64,000 nucleotides of DNA from Acidobacteriota bacterium. GTDB taxonomy: Bacteria > Acidobacteriota > UBA890. The stretch lies in NCBI GenBank assembly GCA_002731215.1, contig PCAP01000060.1, positions 97 to 64,096 of the forward strand. Reading direction: 5' to 3'. Below the pieces are notes generated by a model. The model was given only the letters and a program-made list of their open reading frames with translations. It was not told the DNA's origin and searched no databases. Of this stretch, positions 17,259-27,869 are shown piece after piece (position 1 is the first letter of the stretch; every line of letters begins with the position of its first letter). The position numbers and the translations under genes are program-made.

Positions 17259-17843
17259 CTATCTCTTCGAGCGTTGCAGCGAGTGACCGGTAGGCGCGGG
17301 TGCTAGAAGTGGTGGATAAAAGAGTGGACTCTCATCTGGGACGGCTCCACGCTTGAGAAGGATGCTGAGCACACTACCTAGTGCCCGACTGTCGTCTAGT
17401 GCCCTGTGAGCACCGTTCAGGTCAACTCCAAGTGCCCTGGAAAGATTCCCGAGGCTTCCTGGGAGACCCAGCCCCTTCGCTAGTGGCACAGTGTCAATCG
17501 CACAAAGATCGATTGCTCCAAGCCCGACACGTTCCCATTCAGCTTTCACGAATCCGATGTCAAATCGTGCATTGTGAGCCACTGGGATAGAGCCCGACAA
17601 TTCCACCATCAAATCTCCCGCAACCTCTCGAAATGTCGGAGCGCCCACAAGGAGGTCGTGGCTTATCCCGTGAATGTCGGTTCGTCCAAGATCCGATGTT
17701 TCCGCGTCGATAAGGGTGCTCCACTCCCCCACCAGTTCGCCAGTGGAAGTGATCTTTACTACGGCTACCTCAATTACACGCGCTGTGTGGGGATCGAGGC
17801 CAGTCGTCTCTACGTCAAAGCAGGAATAGACAGTACGTGTCAT
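17259..17843 (-). CDS. DnaQ-like 3'-5' exonuclease (DEDDh; DNA polymerase III epsilon-like)
   Basis: Exo I motif FDVETTGLD, Exo II, and Exo III H-x4-D (AHRALDD). The start was set at the internal Met preceding the Exo I motif. Confidence 0.75.
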   Translation of the reverse strand: MTRTVYSCFDVETTGLDPHTARVIEVAVVKITSTGELVGEWSTLIDAETSDLGRTDIHGISHDLLVGAPTFREVAGDLMVELSGSIPVAHNARFDIGFVKAEWERVGLGAIDLCAIDTVPLAKGLGLPGSLGNLSRALGVDLNGAHRALDDSRALGSVLSILLKRGAVPDESPLFYPPLLAPAPTGHSLQRSKR

Positions 17844-17953
17844 CGATGCCGAACAAAGCACTTGACAGGTCTGATGAAGAAACTATTACCCATGCCGGGA
17901 CCGTAGCCGCCCGGTGCTGATTCTGTAGCTCTCCTGCCAGTACGGTCTCGCCG

Positions 17954-19222
17954 GTGGTAGAAAGCGACGGGGGGCCGGAGGCTCGAGCGCAAGAAAATCT
18001 GCAACGACGGACACTTCGTACGTTGATGGCCGGCCTGATACCGGCCGGTGCTGCCATGACTGCTGCCTACTCGGCCGCGGCAGTATTGGGTGAAGAACTT
18101 TCGGGTAGTGAAATGCTTGGAGGACTTGCCGCATCAGGATTGACCACAGGTTCGGCCCTAGCGATCCTGCCCCTCGCCCGCCTCATGTCTAGATATGGTC
18201 GTCGGCCCGGCCTCGTTGCCGGCTACACAACCGCTGCAATCGGGACGACTTTTTGCATGTTGTCGGCGATCACAGGGTGCTACATCCTTCTTGTTCCTGG
18301 GATGCTTGGCGTTGGTGCCGGCAATGCAGCAAACCTTGCGGCACGCTTTGCCGCATCAGATCTAGCGCCCGAAGAGGGACGCGCACGGGCAATTGGGACG
18401 TTGGTGTGGGCCTCAACTATCGGTGCCGTTGTAGGACCATCGATTGGACTGGGTCCAGCGAAGTCATTTGCTGGCCTGCTCGGTGTATCAGTTCTGGCCG
18501 GCCCCTACATGGCTTCAACTGCATTGTTCGTGAGCGCTGCTCTCATAGTTGGAAGATACCTAAGACCGGATCCACTCGTGGTGGCGGGAGGCGTAGGAGG
18601 TACCGGCACCAAGGAGGGCCGTCATCTCGCTGAAGCGGCACGAAGCCTCATAGGGTCGGCCACAGGGCGTCTTGCTGTGCTATCGATGGTTGTAGGTCAC
18701 ATCGTGATGGTCGGTGTTATGACGATGACCCCCCTGCATCTACGCGACGGGGATCACGAACTGGAAATAATCGGCTTTGTCATATCACTCCATATCATCG
18801 GGATGTACGCATGTGCTCCGGTGGTCGGGTGGCTAACGGACCACTTGGGGCCGTTAATCGTTCTGGCAACTGGCGGCCTCATCTTGTTCATTGGTTCAGA
18901 GATGGCAAGCCGAACAAACCCCGAGGATTCTCTAGGGATCTTTATCGGTCTGTTCCTAATCGGACTTGGTTGGAACTTTGGCCTGATCTCCTCCTCGGCA
19001 TTGCTTGTAGTTGAATTTGATGGACCGGAGAGGGTCCGGGTGCAGGGCCTAGCTGATTTGGGAATGACCGCAGCTGGTGCCCTTGCGGGTTTGGGTTCGG
19101 GTGTATTCGTCACGTTTAGTGGCTTTCACACCCTTGCCCATAACAGCGCTCTGATTGGCCTGTTCCCTACCGTTGCTGTCATCATGATGGTCATCAGGTC
19201 GCGACGACCTTCTATTCGCTAA
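17954..19222 (+). CDS. MFS transporter
   Basis: About 12 predicted TM helices and an MFS loop motif (MSRYGRRPG). Confidence 0.75.
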   Translation: MVESDGGPEARAQENLQRRTLRTLMAGLIPAGAAMTAAYSAAAVLGEELSGSEMLGGLAASGLTTGSALAILPLARLMSRYGRRPGLVAGYTTAAIGTTFCMLSAITGCYILLVPGMLGVGAGNAANLAARFAASDLAPEEGRARAIGTLVWASTIGAVVGPSIGLGPAKSFAGLLGVSVLAGPYMASTALFVSAALIVGRYLRPDPLVVAGGVGGTGTKEGRHLAEAARSLIGSATGRLAVLSMVVGHIVMVGVMTMTPLHLRDGDHELEIIGFVISLHIIGMYACAPVVGWLTDHLGPLIVLATGGLILFIGSEMASRTNPEDSLGIFIGLFLIGLGWNFGLISSSALLVVEFDGPERVRVQGLADLGMTAAGALAGLGSGVFVTFSGFHTLAHNSALIGLFPTVAVIMMVIRSRRPSIR

Positions 19223-19276
19223 AGGTCCTGCTTTAGTGCTCTGTGTTACTCAACGACGTAGAGGTAACGTCTGACT

Positions 19277-19972
19277 ATGTCCTCTGAGGGTGGGCCGCCA
19301 GTTCTGTTGCTTCATGGGTTCGGGACGTCGTACCAAACCACTTGGGAAAACAGTGGATGGACGTCTCTACTGGCAGATGCCGGTCGAGATGTCATACCGG
19401 TCGACCTGCTGGGTCATGGAAACGCGCCAAGGCCCACGGATCCCGAGGCCTACCAGGATCTTGAGGGGAAAGTCCTTTCGACGATTCCGGAAAGACCAGT
19501 AGACGCGATTGGGTTTTCTATGGGTGCTCGAGTACTGCTGGTATTGGCCTCGACCTGTCCTGCAAGATTCAACAGGCTAGTTGTTGCTGGTGTTGGCAGG
19601 AACCTTTTCGAGGATGATCCGGCAAGGAGCAGAGCCATCATTGAAGCTGTCCGGACTGGACAAGCCGAGGACCCTGAGCTCTCATACTTTGCTCGACTGC
19701 CTGAGTCTCCTGGTGCCGACAGGGAGGCACTGGTAGCGTTTCTCAGCCGTCCCGATCCTCCTGCTGTGACTGAGGAGAGTTTGGCTGCGGTAACAGCGCC
19801 GGTTCATGTGGTCCTAGGTGACGAAGACTTTGCCGGCCCCCCTGACCGCCTTGTAGCTGCCCTGCCCAACGCGACACTTACAACCTTGTCTGGCGTGGAC
19901 CATTTTGCGACTCCAGAAAATTTTGGTTTCATCGACGCTGCTCTGGAGTTCATAGACGCCCAACCGTTCTAG
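19277..19972 (+). CDS. alpha/beta hydrolase fold protein
   Basis: HGFG oxyanion motif (LLLHGFGTS) and nucleophile elbow GFSMGA. Confidence 0.75.
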   Translation: MSSEGGPPVLLLHGFGTSYQTTWENSGWTSLLADAGRDVIPVDLLGHGNAPRPTDPEAYQDLEGKVLSTIPERPVDAIGFSMGARVLLVLASTCPARFNRLVVAGVGRNLFEDDPARSRAIIEAVRTGQAEDPELSYFARLPESPGADREALVAFLSRPDPPAVTEESLAAVTAPVHVVLGDEDFAGPPDRLVAALPNATLTTLSGVDHFATPENFGFIDAALEFIDAQPF

Positions 19973-20006
19973 AATTTCGATCGAACCAGTCCAGCTTGCT
20001 AGCAGT

Positions 20007-21467
20007 TCATCGTAGAGGTGCCGTATTGGGCAAGATCGCAGTTGGCAGTGATGTCGCCCCGAGGAGGAACTCATCCACCGATGCAGCACAGGACCGGCCC
20101 TCTGCGATCGCCCAAACGATAAGGGACTGACCCCGACCCATATCCCCGCATACAAACACACCGTCAGTCGATGTCGAAAAGGACTCGTCTCGGGCAATGT
20201 TGCCCCTCGAGTCAAGACCCAAATCAAGTTCTGCTGTCAACCCTTCTGTCTCTGGCCCTGTAAAGCCCAGGGCCAACAACACGAGATCAGCAGGAAACAC
20301 CTCTTCCGAACCGTCGATCTTTTCGAAGTGCGGACGCCCATCAGCCATCCTGGTGCTAACTCCATGGGTCCGCAGGAAGGCCACGTGTCCGTCCTTGCCC
20401 AAGAATTCTTCAGTGTTGATTGCGAATCGCCGCTGGCCGCCCTCCTCGTGTGACGAGGAAACCCTGTAGAGGGCTGGCCAGGTTGGCCAAGGACTATCTT
20501 CAGTGCGAAATTCAGATGGGCGCGGCATTATTTCAAACTGCTGGACGCTCGTAGCACCCTGCCGAAGGGCAGTTCCAAGGCAATCCGCTCCAGTATCTCC
20601 GCCCCCAATTACCACCACCTGCTTCCCATTTGCAGAAACCGGTGAGTTCTCCAAATCTCCCTCTTGCACACGATTGGCCCACGGCAGGTACTCCATTGCC
20701 TGCACGATCCCACTTAGTGCCCTTCCTGGAATCGTTAGGTCTCGCGCCCTAGTAGCACCGCAGGCCAGTACAACAGCGTCGTAGTCACTCTTGAGTTCTG
20801 TGAGTGCGATATCAGTTCCGATGCTCGTCTGAGTACGAAACTCTGTACCTTCGGCCTCCATCTGCGCCAGGCGTCTGTCAAGGTGTTGCTTCTCCAGCTT
20901 GAATTCAGGAATACCAAACCTGAGCAGGCCTCCTATCCGGTCATCTCGTTCAAATACGACCACTTCATGACCAGCGCGAGTCAGTTGCTGTGCCACTGCC
21001 AGTCCAGCTGGACCTGAGCCAACCACCGCGACCCGTCGACCACTTCTCTGTGACGCCGGGAGTGGTTTGATCCACCCTTCTTCCCAAGCCCGGTCCACAA
21101 TTGATACCTCGACTTGTTTGATAGTGACGGCAGGTTCACTAATACCAAGGACACAAGCCGTTTCACACGGAGCGGGACAAAGGCGGCCAGTGAATTCTGG
21201 GAAATTATTCGTTGCATGGAGGCGTTCAACCGCCTCGCGCCACTGGCCTCGGTAGGTAAGGTCATTCCAGTCGGGAATCAGGTTTCCAAGAGGACAGCCG
21301 TGGTTACAAAAGGGAATTCCGCAGTCCATGCACCTGCTTGCCTGGCGCTTCAGGTCGAGCTCGGGAAACGGCTCAGATACCTCTTTCCAGTCCCGCAAAC
21401 GAACCGGGACCGAGCGACGCTCGGGAAGTTGTCGCTCGTACTTGATGAATCCACGGATATCTCCCAC
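20007..21467 (-). CDS. gltD: glutamate synthase (NADPH) small subunit
   Basis: 4Fe-4S Cys cluster (CMDCGIPFCNHGCP) and FAD/NAD Rossmann motifs (VAVVGSGPAGL, VVVIGGGDTGAD). GTG start at 21467 with a GGGAGAAG RBS, directly after the gltB stop. Confidence 0.85.
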   Translation of the reverse strand: MGDIRGFIKYERQLPERRSVPVRLRDWKEVSEPFPELDLKRQASRCMDCGIPFCNHGCPLGNLIPDWNDLTYRGQWREAVERLHATNNFPEFTGRLCPAPCETACVLGISEPAVTIKQVEVSIVDRAWEEGWIKPLPASQRSGRRVAVVGSGPAGLAVAQQLTRAGHEVVVFERDDRIGGLLRFGIPEFKLEKQHLDRRLAQMEAEGTEFRTQTSIGTDIALTELKSDYDAVVLACGATRARDLTIPGRALSGIVQAMEYLPWANRVQEGDLENSPVSANGKQVVVIGGGDTGADCLGTALRQGATSVQQFEIMPRPSEFRTEDSPWPTWPALYRVSSSHEEGGQRRFAINTEEFLGKDGHVAFLRTHGVSTRMADGRPHFEKIDGSEEVFPADLVLLALGFTGPETEGLTAELDLGLDSRGNIARDESFSTSTDGVFVCGDMGRGQSLIVWAIAEGRSCAASVDEFLLGATSLPTAILPNTAPLR

Positions 21468-21480
21468 TACCGCTTCTCCC

Positions 21481-24400
21481 TCATCGTTTGGTCGAAGCCA
21501 TGATTGCCTCACCCTCGTCACGCCCAGCAGTACGTGCAGCAGCAGCGGCTTCGAGCACACGCTTGTAGTCAATGGGCATGACCTTGAAGAACTGGTCACT
21601 GCTTGCTGTCCAGCTAGCGAGTAGGCCCTCCGTCAGACCAGAGTCTGTTTCTGCCACGTGACGTTGGAGTACATCTAGTAGCCAGTCTCGATCCTGCTCA
21701 TCGAGTTCCTCCAATAGCACCATCTCTGTGTTGATCCTCGGTCTTGATACTCCGTACGGGTCGTGAACGAAAGCGATTCCACCCGACATCCCCGCTGCGA
21801 AGTTCCGCCCGACTCCACCGAGGACCACAGCTTGCCCCCCAGTCATGTACTCACAGCCGTGATCTCCGACCCCTTCGACCACAGCTAGGGCGCCAGAGTT
21901 GCGGACACAAAACCGCTCTCCAACGCGACCCCGGATGAATGCCTCTCCAGAGGTTGCGCCATAAAGGATGACATTTCCTGCTATCACCTGCTCTTCGGCT
22001 ACGAATGGTGAATCCGTCGGCGGTCTCACGACGATGCGTCCGCCAGACAGGCCCTTGCCGACGTAGTCGTTTGCATCACCCACTAGGCGTAGTGTGATGC
22101 CACGTGGCATAAACGCTCCAAGACTATTTCCGGCAGAACCCGCCAAGTTGATCGTAATAGTGTTGTCAGGAAGGCCTTTACTGCCGTGGCGCTTCGTCAA
22201 CTCATAGCCGAGCATCGTCCCCACAGTCCGATTCACGTTTCGAATAGGGACAGTGATGGTGGTCGGTGATCCATTTTCTAGCGAGGCCCCGGCCATCCTG
22301 ATGAGATCATTATCCAGGGCAGCCTCGAGCCCGTGGTCCTGTCCGCCTGTGTTGCACCTGTGGGCGTCATCGCTGATCTGGGGCATGTGAAGGATTGGTG
22401 AAAGGTCCAAATTCGCTGCTTTCCAGTGGTCTACGGCATCAACGGTGTCGAGGCACTGAACTTGACCAATGGCTTCCTCAATTGTCCGAAAGCCAAGAAA
22501 TGCGAGAATTTCCCTCACCTCTTCAGCCAGATATTCAAAGAACGCCACCACAAACTCAGGCTTTCCAGAGAACTTCTTTCTCAGCTCTGGATTCTGGGTA
22601 GCGACGCCCACGGGACAGGTATCAAGGTGGCAAACACGCATCATCACGCAGCCCGAAACCACGAGCGGAGCGGTGGCAAAGCCGAACTCGTCTGCACCTA
22701 GAAGGGCGGCGATTACCACATCCCGGCCGGTCTTAAGTTGGCCGTCCACCTGCACAACGATCCGGTCACGAAGGTCGTTCATCAAAAGGGTCTGCTGAGT
22801 CTCAGCAAGGCCCAACTCCCACGGGGCACCAGCGTGTTTGATCGATGTCAACGGAGATGCCCCGGTCCCCCCATCGTGACCTGAAATCAACACCACATCG
22901 GCATGCGCTTTGGAGACGCCTGCAGCCACGGTGCCAACACCGACTTCGGCAACCAGTTTGACGTGAACCCGGCTGGTCGGGTTTGAGTTCTTGAGGTCGT
23001 GAATCAGTTGAGCCAGGTCCTCAATTGAGTAGATGTCGTGGTGCGGGGGAGGCGAGATGAGTGCCACACCGGGTGTAGAGTGGCGAGTCTTGGCTATCCA
23101 GGGGTAGACCTTGTGGCCCGGCAACTGGCCTCCCTCTCCCGGTTTTGCTCCTTGGGCCATCTTGATCTGCAGATCGTCGCTATTGACCAAGTACTCACTT
23201 GTTACCCCGAAGCGTCCTGATGCCACCTGCTTAATGGCCGATCGGCGAAGGTCACCGTTCCGTTCGGGTAGGTATCGGGAGGGGTCCTCGCCTCCCTCGC
23301 CAGTATTTGATTTCCCACCGAGCCTGTTCATCGCAACAGCGAGGGTCTCGTGAGCCTCAGCCGAGATCGAGCCATAAGACATGGCACCGGTAGCAAAACG
23401 CTTGACTATCTCACTGACGGGTTCGACCTCCTCGAGTGGGATCGAGCCTTGCAGGTCCCCGCGTAGGCGGAAAAGGCCGCGAAGTGTTGCTAGTTCTCGA
23501 GCCTGGTCGTCTACCAATTGGGTGTATTCCTTGAAAACGTCATAGCGGCCAGAACGGGTTGCATGTTGTAGACGGAATACTGTTTCGGGATTGAAAAGAT
23601 GATGCTCGCCTTCGCTACGCCACTGGTACTCACCCCCTACGCTGAGGGTTCGGTGTGCTTGCTCTTGCGCACGTTCAGAAAAGGCCGAACCATGGCGCTG
23701 GGCGACTTCATCAGCGAGTACATCAAAGCTGACACCTCCGAGACGACTCACTGTTCCCCTAAAGCAGAGTTCAATGACGTCGCTTGCGAGTCCAATTGAT
23801 TCGAAGATTTGGGCTCCCGTGTAAGAAGAAACCGTCGAGATTCCCATCTTGGACATCACCTTCAGCAGCCCTTTGTCGCAAGCCTTCACAAAGTTTTGCC
23901 GAGCTGTATCAGGAGAAAGCTGAGGGTCCAGACCGTGGGCTCCCGTCTTAATCATCTGGTCGATGGACTCAAAGGCCATGTACGGGCATACTCCCCCGGC
24001 ACCGAATCCAAGGAGAAGTGCAATGTGATGCACCTCACGAGCATCACCACTTTCCACTACCAACCCCACGAGCGTCCGGGTCTTTTTGCTGATCAGGTGG
24101 TGGTGGATGGCCCCGGTAGCCAACAACGACGGAATCGCTGCCATTTCGAAATCCGCCCTCCGGTCACTTATTACGATGACGTTGGCCCCTTCAGTAATAG
24201 CCTTCGATGCCTCAGCTCTAAGAGTTTCCAGGGCGCTGGTAAGGCCGATACCGCCCTTTTGCACCGGGTAGAGGGCGTCTAGGACTCGCGCTTTTAAACC
24301 CGAAGGTTCGCTGACACCGTCGAGGTTGACGAGCATTGCCATCTCTGCCTCAGTCAAGACAGGATGAGGAAGACGTATTTGACGACAACTCTCAGGGCCC

Positions 24401-26121
24401 GGACTCAGTAGGTTCCCCTCTGCTCCAATATTCCCACAGACCGCGGTAATGAGTTCTTCGCGCATGGCATCAAGCGGCGGATTGGTGACCTGAGCGAACA
24501 ACTGTTGGAAGTAGTCGTAAAGGAGTCTCGGGCGTCGGGAAAGCACAGCAACGGGCGTGTCCGATCCCATGGATCCGATTGCTTCCCTAGCATCTCTAGC
24601 CATTGGTGCAAGAATGAGCTTGAGTTCTTCAAGGGTGTAGCCAAAGGCCTGTTGGCGGCTAAGTACTCTTGAGTCATTGTTTGCTCGGTTAGGTCCAGGT
24701 GACAGGTCGTTCAGGTGGACCAGATTTGAATCCAACCACTCTCTATAGGGGTGGGCGGCGGCCAAATCAGCCTTGATCTCATCATCGCGGATGATTCTCC
24801 CCTGCTCCGTATCGATGAGAAACATCCGACCGGGCTCCAGGCGACCTTTCTCGATCACTTTTGCGGAGGGAATGTCGACCACCCCTACCTCACTAGCCAT
24901 TACCACCAAATCATCGTCGGTGACCCAGTATCGGCTTGGCCGAAGGCCGTTCCGGTCTAACACAGCTCCGACGACTGTTCCGTCAGTAAAGGCGATCGAA
25001 GCTGGGCCGTCCCATGGTTCCATTAACGAGGCGTGGTACTCGTAGAAAGCAGCGCGATCCGCGTCCATCTCGCGGTGGTTCTCCCATGGCTCAGGGATCA
25101 TCATCATGACCGCCTCAGGAAGCGAATATCCGCCCATACACAGGAGTTCCAGCACTTCGTCAAAGCCAGCAGTGTCGCTTGCGCCAGGCGTGCAAATTGG
25201 AAAGATCCGTTTCAGGTCACCAGGTAGAAGATCACTTTCGAGCAAAGCTTCCCTAGCGCGCATCCAGTTCCGATTCCCTTGGACCGTGTTTATCTCCCCG
25301 TTGTGAGCGATCAAGCGGTACGGATGAGCAAGCGGCCAGGAGGGGAAAGTGTTTGTGGAGAATCTGGAATGAACGAGTGCCAGGGCACTGGTCAGGCGCG
25401 GATCGGTAAGGTCTGGGAAGAACTGGGACAACTGGGTTGTTGTCAGCATCCCTTTGTAAACGATCGTCTGAGATGAGAGGGAACCAAAGTAGACACCACT
25501 TTGTTGAGTACCTGCGGTCCCCATTCCTGTATCAGCGCTCGCGTCTGGATCGATGCCGATCTCGTGTTCTGTCCGTTTCCGAAGCACATAAGCGAGGCGA
25601 TCCAAGTGAGCTCCGACAGCTCGCCCAGAGCCTCGATTGCGAGACGCAATGAAGACTTGCCGGAAAGTTGGTTCGCTTGCTTTGGCTACCGAGCCGATCA
25701 TCGAGTCATCAATGGGAAGGTCCCGCCAGCCAAGAACCTCTAGTCCTTCTTCTCCCGCTAGGGCATTGACAGCCTGTTCTACCTGTCCTGCCTCGGCAGA
25801 GTCGCGCGGGAGGAAGGCAATTCCCGTCGCATACTGGCCACGCTCAGGTAGTTCAAAGTTGACTATTTCACGGTAGAAGGCATCAGGCACCTGAAGCAAA
25901 ATGCCTGCCCCGTCGCCGGTATTGGTTTCGGCTCCGAGCGCTCCGCGATGGGCCATATTGCACAAAGCCGCGATGCCAAGTTCGACGATTTCGTGGCTGG
26001 CTTGGCCACGTAAGTGGCAAACAAAGTTGACGCCACATGCATCGTGTTCAAAACGGGGCTCATAGAGACCTTTGGTCTGCGAGCTGGCTGTTGGCATAGC
26101 ATTCTTTCTGCGCGTATCCAT
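21481..26121 (-). CDS. gltB: glutamate synthase large subunit
   Basis: 1546 aa. N-terminal amidotransferase Cys (HDACGVNFV), FMN-binding and GXGXG C-terminal domains. Adjacent to gltD. Confidence 0.9.
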   Translation of the reverse strand: MDTRRKNAMPTASSQTKGLYEPRFEHDACGVNFVCHLRGQASHEIVELGIAALCNMAHRGALGAETNTGDGAGILLQVPDAFYREIVNFELPERGQYATGIAFLPRDSAEAGQVEQAVNALAGEEGLEVLGWRDLPIDDSMIGSVAKASEPTFRQVFIASRNRGSGRAVGAHLDRLAYVLRKRTEHEIGIDPDASADTGMGTAGTQQSGVYFGSLSSQTIVYKGMLTTTQLSQFFPDLTDPRLTSALALVHSRFSTNTFPSWPLAHPYRLIAHNGEINTVQGNRNWMRAREALLESDLLPGDLKRIFPICTPGASDTAGFDEVLELLCMGGYSLPEAVMMMIPEPWENHREMDADRAAFYEYHASLMEPWDGPASIAFTDGTVVGAVLDRNGLRPSRYWVTDDDLVVMASEVGVVDIPSAKVIEKGRLEPGRMFLIDTEQGRIIRDDEIKADLAAAHPYREWLDSNLVHLNDLSPGPNRANNDSRVLSRQQAFGYTLEELKLILAPMARDAREAIGSMGSDTPVAVLSRRPRLLYDYFQQLFAQVTNPPLDAMREELITAVCGNIGAEGNLLSPGPESCRQIRLPHPVLTEAEMAMLVNLDGVSEPSGLKARVLDALYPVQKGGIGLTSALETLRAEASKAITEGANVIVISDRRADFEMAAIPSLLATGAIHHHLISKKTRTLVGLVVESGDAREVHHIALLLGFGAGGVCPYMAFESIDQMIKTGAHGLDPQLSPDTARQNFVKACDKGLLKVMSKMGISTVSSYTGAQIFESIGLASDVIELCFRGTVSRLGGVSFDVLADEVAQRHGSAFSERAQEQAHRTLSVGGEYQWRSEGEHHLFNPETVFRLQHATRSGRYDVFKEYTQLVDDQARELATLRGLFRLRGDLQGSIPLEEVEPVSEIVKRFATGAMSYGSISAEAHETLAVAMNRLGGKSNTGEGGEDPSRYLPERNGDLRRSAIKQVASGRFGVTSEYLVNSDDLQIKMAQGAKPGEGGQLPGHKVYPWIAKTRHSTPGVALISPPPHHDIYSIEDLAQLIHDLKNSNPTSRVHVKLVAEVGVGTVAAGVSKAHADVVLISGHDGGTGASPLTSIKHAGAPWELGLAETQQTLLMNDLRDRIVVQVDGQLKTGRDVVIAALLGADEFGFATAPLVVSGCVMMRVCHLDTCPVGVATQNPELRKKFSGKPEFVVAFFEYLAEEVREILAFLGFRTIEEAIGQVQCLDTVDAVDHWKAANLDLSPILHMPQISDDAHRCNTGGQDHGLEAALDNDLIRMAGASLENGSPTTITVPIRNVNRTVGTMLGYELTKRHGSKGLPDNTITINLAGSAGNSLGAFMPRGITLRLVGDANDYVGKGLSGGRIVVRPPTDSPFVAEEQVIAGNVILYGATSGEAFIRGRVGERFCVRNSGALAVVEGVGDHGCEYMTGGQAVVLGGVGRNFAAGMSGGIAFVHDPYGVSRPRINTEMVLLEELDEQDRDWLLDVLQRHVAETDSGLTEGLLASWTASSDQFFKVMPIDYKRVLEAAAAARTAGRDEGEAIMASTKR

Positions 26122-26333
26122 GATGGGGTTTGAAACTCTTTGGCTCTAGACGTCACTGGCCAGAGCGCATGGCTGTCGAAGTCAGCACAGGATCGGCCAC
26201 GACATTGTGGCTCCCCTCCGGAAGTGCCGGAGCCATGGGAGGAGTGGCACCAATGCGCAGCCAACTCCCTGATCTGGGCTCCCAATATAGTTCAGGACGT
26301 TGCGACATCCCATCTCTGGCTTTGCCAGCAGCA

Positions 26334-27869
26334 TCACGCTCGATGGAAGTCAAACCTCTCTTGGAGGGTCCGGTACGGGGTGACGAGCATCAGGAGCATC
26401 GGGAAAAGCTCCAGCCGTCCAATGAGCATCAAGAGAGCCAACACAAGACGTGCAGGGGTGGCGAACCCGTCTACGAACGATGCCGTTGGCCCTGCCTTGT
26501 TCAGAGCGGGCCCCATATTCCCAAGAGACCCGATGACACCGCTGAACGCGGTTACAAGATCCGTGCCGAGAGCAGCTACAACGAGTGTCCCGGACACCAC
26601 AAGAATCCCAAAAATAATCATGAAGCCAGCTATGCGCTCAACCAGCGGCTCTGCCATCGTGCTGCCGCCGTGTCTTACCAGTAAGACAGCCCTTGGGTAG
26701 CGAATGCTACGGATAGTCCTTCGAGCATGCGACAGTCCCACAACGAGCCTCATGACCTTGACACCACCGGAGGTTGAGCCAGTGCAGCCACCCGATACCA
26801 GCAGGACTAGCAGGACCATCTGGGGGCCAGCTGCCCAAGTAACGAAGTCGCCGTTGGTGCCTGGCCCCGTCGCGTTGCCAAAACCACCACTGGTTCCGAG
26901 GGTTACAACATTGAAGACAGCCGCCCGGAGTGCGTTGGTGGGCCCCATCCCCTCACTGCACAGCAGAAGTGTCACCAGTACGGTGGACCCGGTCAATAGC
27001 CAGATGTAGGCCCGGAACTCTGGGTCCTCTAGGTGAACCGGTCGGTGTGATGAGAGAGTCCTTGAGTGCAGGGTGAAGCTTGCAGCACCAAGTACCAGAC
27101 CAATCATGATGACCATCTCGACTGCCACGCTGTCCCAGTACCCGATAGATGCGTCTCGAGTGGAGAATCCTCCTGTCGACGCGGTAGTGAACGCGTGTGC
27201 AACGGCATCAAATGGCGACATTCCTACAGCAAAGAGAGCCACTGCGATGAGAGCGGTAAGACCAGCGTAGAGGTACCAGAATCGTCTAGCAGTCTGGGCC
27301 ATTCTAGGGGCTAGACGGTCCCCACCAGCCCCGGGGGCCTCTGCTCCAATCAACCCGAGACCACTTGCCCGGAGAGCTGGAAGTACCGTCACTACAAGAA
27401 CGACTATTCCCATTCCGCCGATCCACTGGGTGAACTGGCGGTACATCAGAATGCCGGGCCCTTGGTCGGAGATCAGGTTGTGTGAGCCAAATATTGTCGA
27501 TCCTGTACACGAATATCCGGACACCGACTCGAATAGAGCATCAGCAAAGACAACTGGCAACGTGATTCCCGAGCGTTGGAAGGTCCCAGCGAATAGGTAT
27601 GGAAGTGCACCGAATGCAGAGACGACTAGCCATGTTCCGGCCACTGCGTTAAAGACAGTTGCACGGTCGACTTGACCGGGGCGTGTAAACAGCCAAAGGG
27701 AGGCCCCTGGGACAAGAGTGAGCACAGCCGCTAGCAGAATCGAAGCTCCATGTGTTCCTCCTAAAGCTTCAAGAACGGCTGATGCGAACATTCCTACAGC
27801 GACGAACATCAGGGCGATTCCGGCTACATGCCCAGTTGTGGTCTCCCACTTCGTTTCAAAGAAACTCAC
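26334..27869 (-). CDS. trkH: TrkH/KtrB-family potassium transporter
   Basis: Polytopic membrane protein with repeated pore-loop glycine motifs (TGGF, SGGF). Confidence 0.8.
   Translation of the reverse strand: MSFFETKWETTTGHVAGIALMFVAVGMFASAVLEALGGTHGASILLAAVLTLVPGASLWLFTRPGQVDRATVFNAVAGTWLVVSAFGALPYLFAGTFQRSGITLPVVFADALFESVSGYSCTGSTIFGSHNLISDQGPGILMYRQFTQWIGGMGIVVLVVTVLPALRASGLGLIGAEAPGAGGDRLAPRMAQTARRFWYLYAGLTALIAVALFAVGMSPFDAVAHAFTTASTGGFSTRDASIGYWDSVAVEMVIMIGLVLGAASFTLHSRTLSSHRPVHLEDPEFRAYIWLLTGSTVLVTLLLCSEGMGPTNALRAAVFNVVTLGTSGGFGNATGPGTNGDFVTWAAGPQMVLLVLLVSGGCTGSTSGGVKVMRLVVGLSHARRTIRSIRYPRAVLLVRHGGSTMAEPLVERIAGFMIIFGILVVSGTLVVAALGTDLVTAFSGVIGSLGNMGPALNKAGPTASFVDGFATPARLVLALLMLIGRLELFPMLLMLVTPYRTLQERFDFHRA

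Noticed and set aside
21744-25876. Numerous 60-160-aa ORFs on the + strand inside the gltB coding region
   Set aside because: They are antisense to a 1546-aa gene with unmistakable glutamate synthase motifs. They are typical GC-rich shadow ORFs with no start context or recognisable domains.
26130-26700. Two overlapping 185-aa + strand ORFs spanning the gltB-trkH intergenic region and the trkH 3' end
   Set aside because: They overlap each other in different frames and run antisense into trkH. No recognisable features. They are likely spurious; the region more plausibly holds the gltB promoter.
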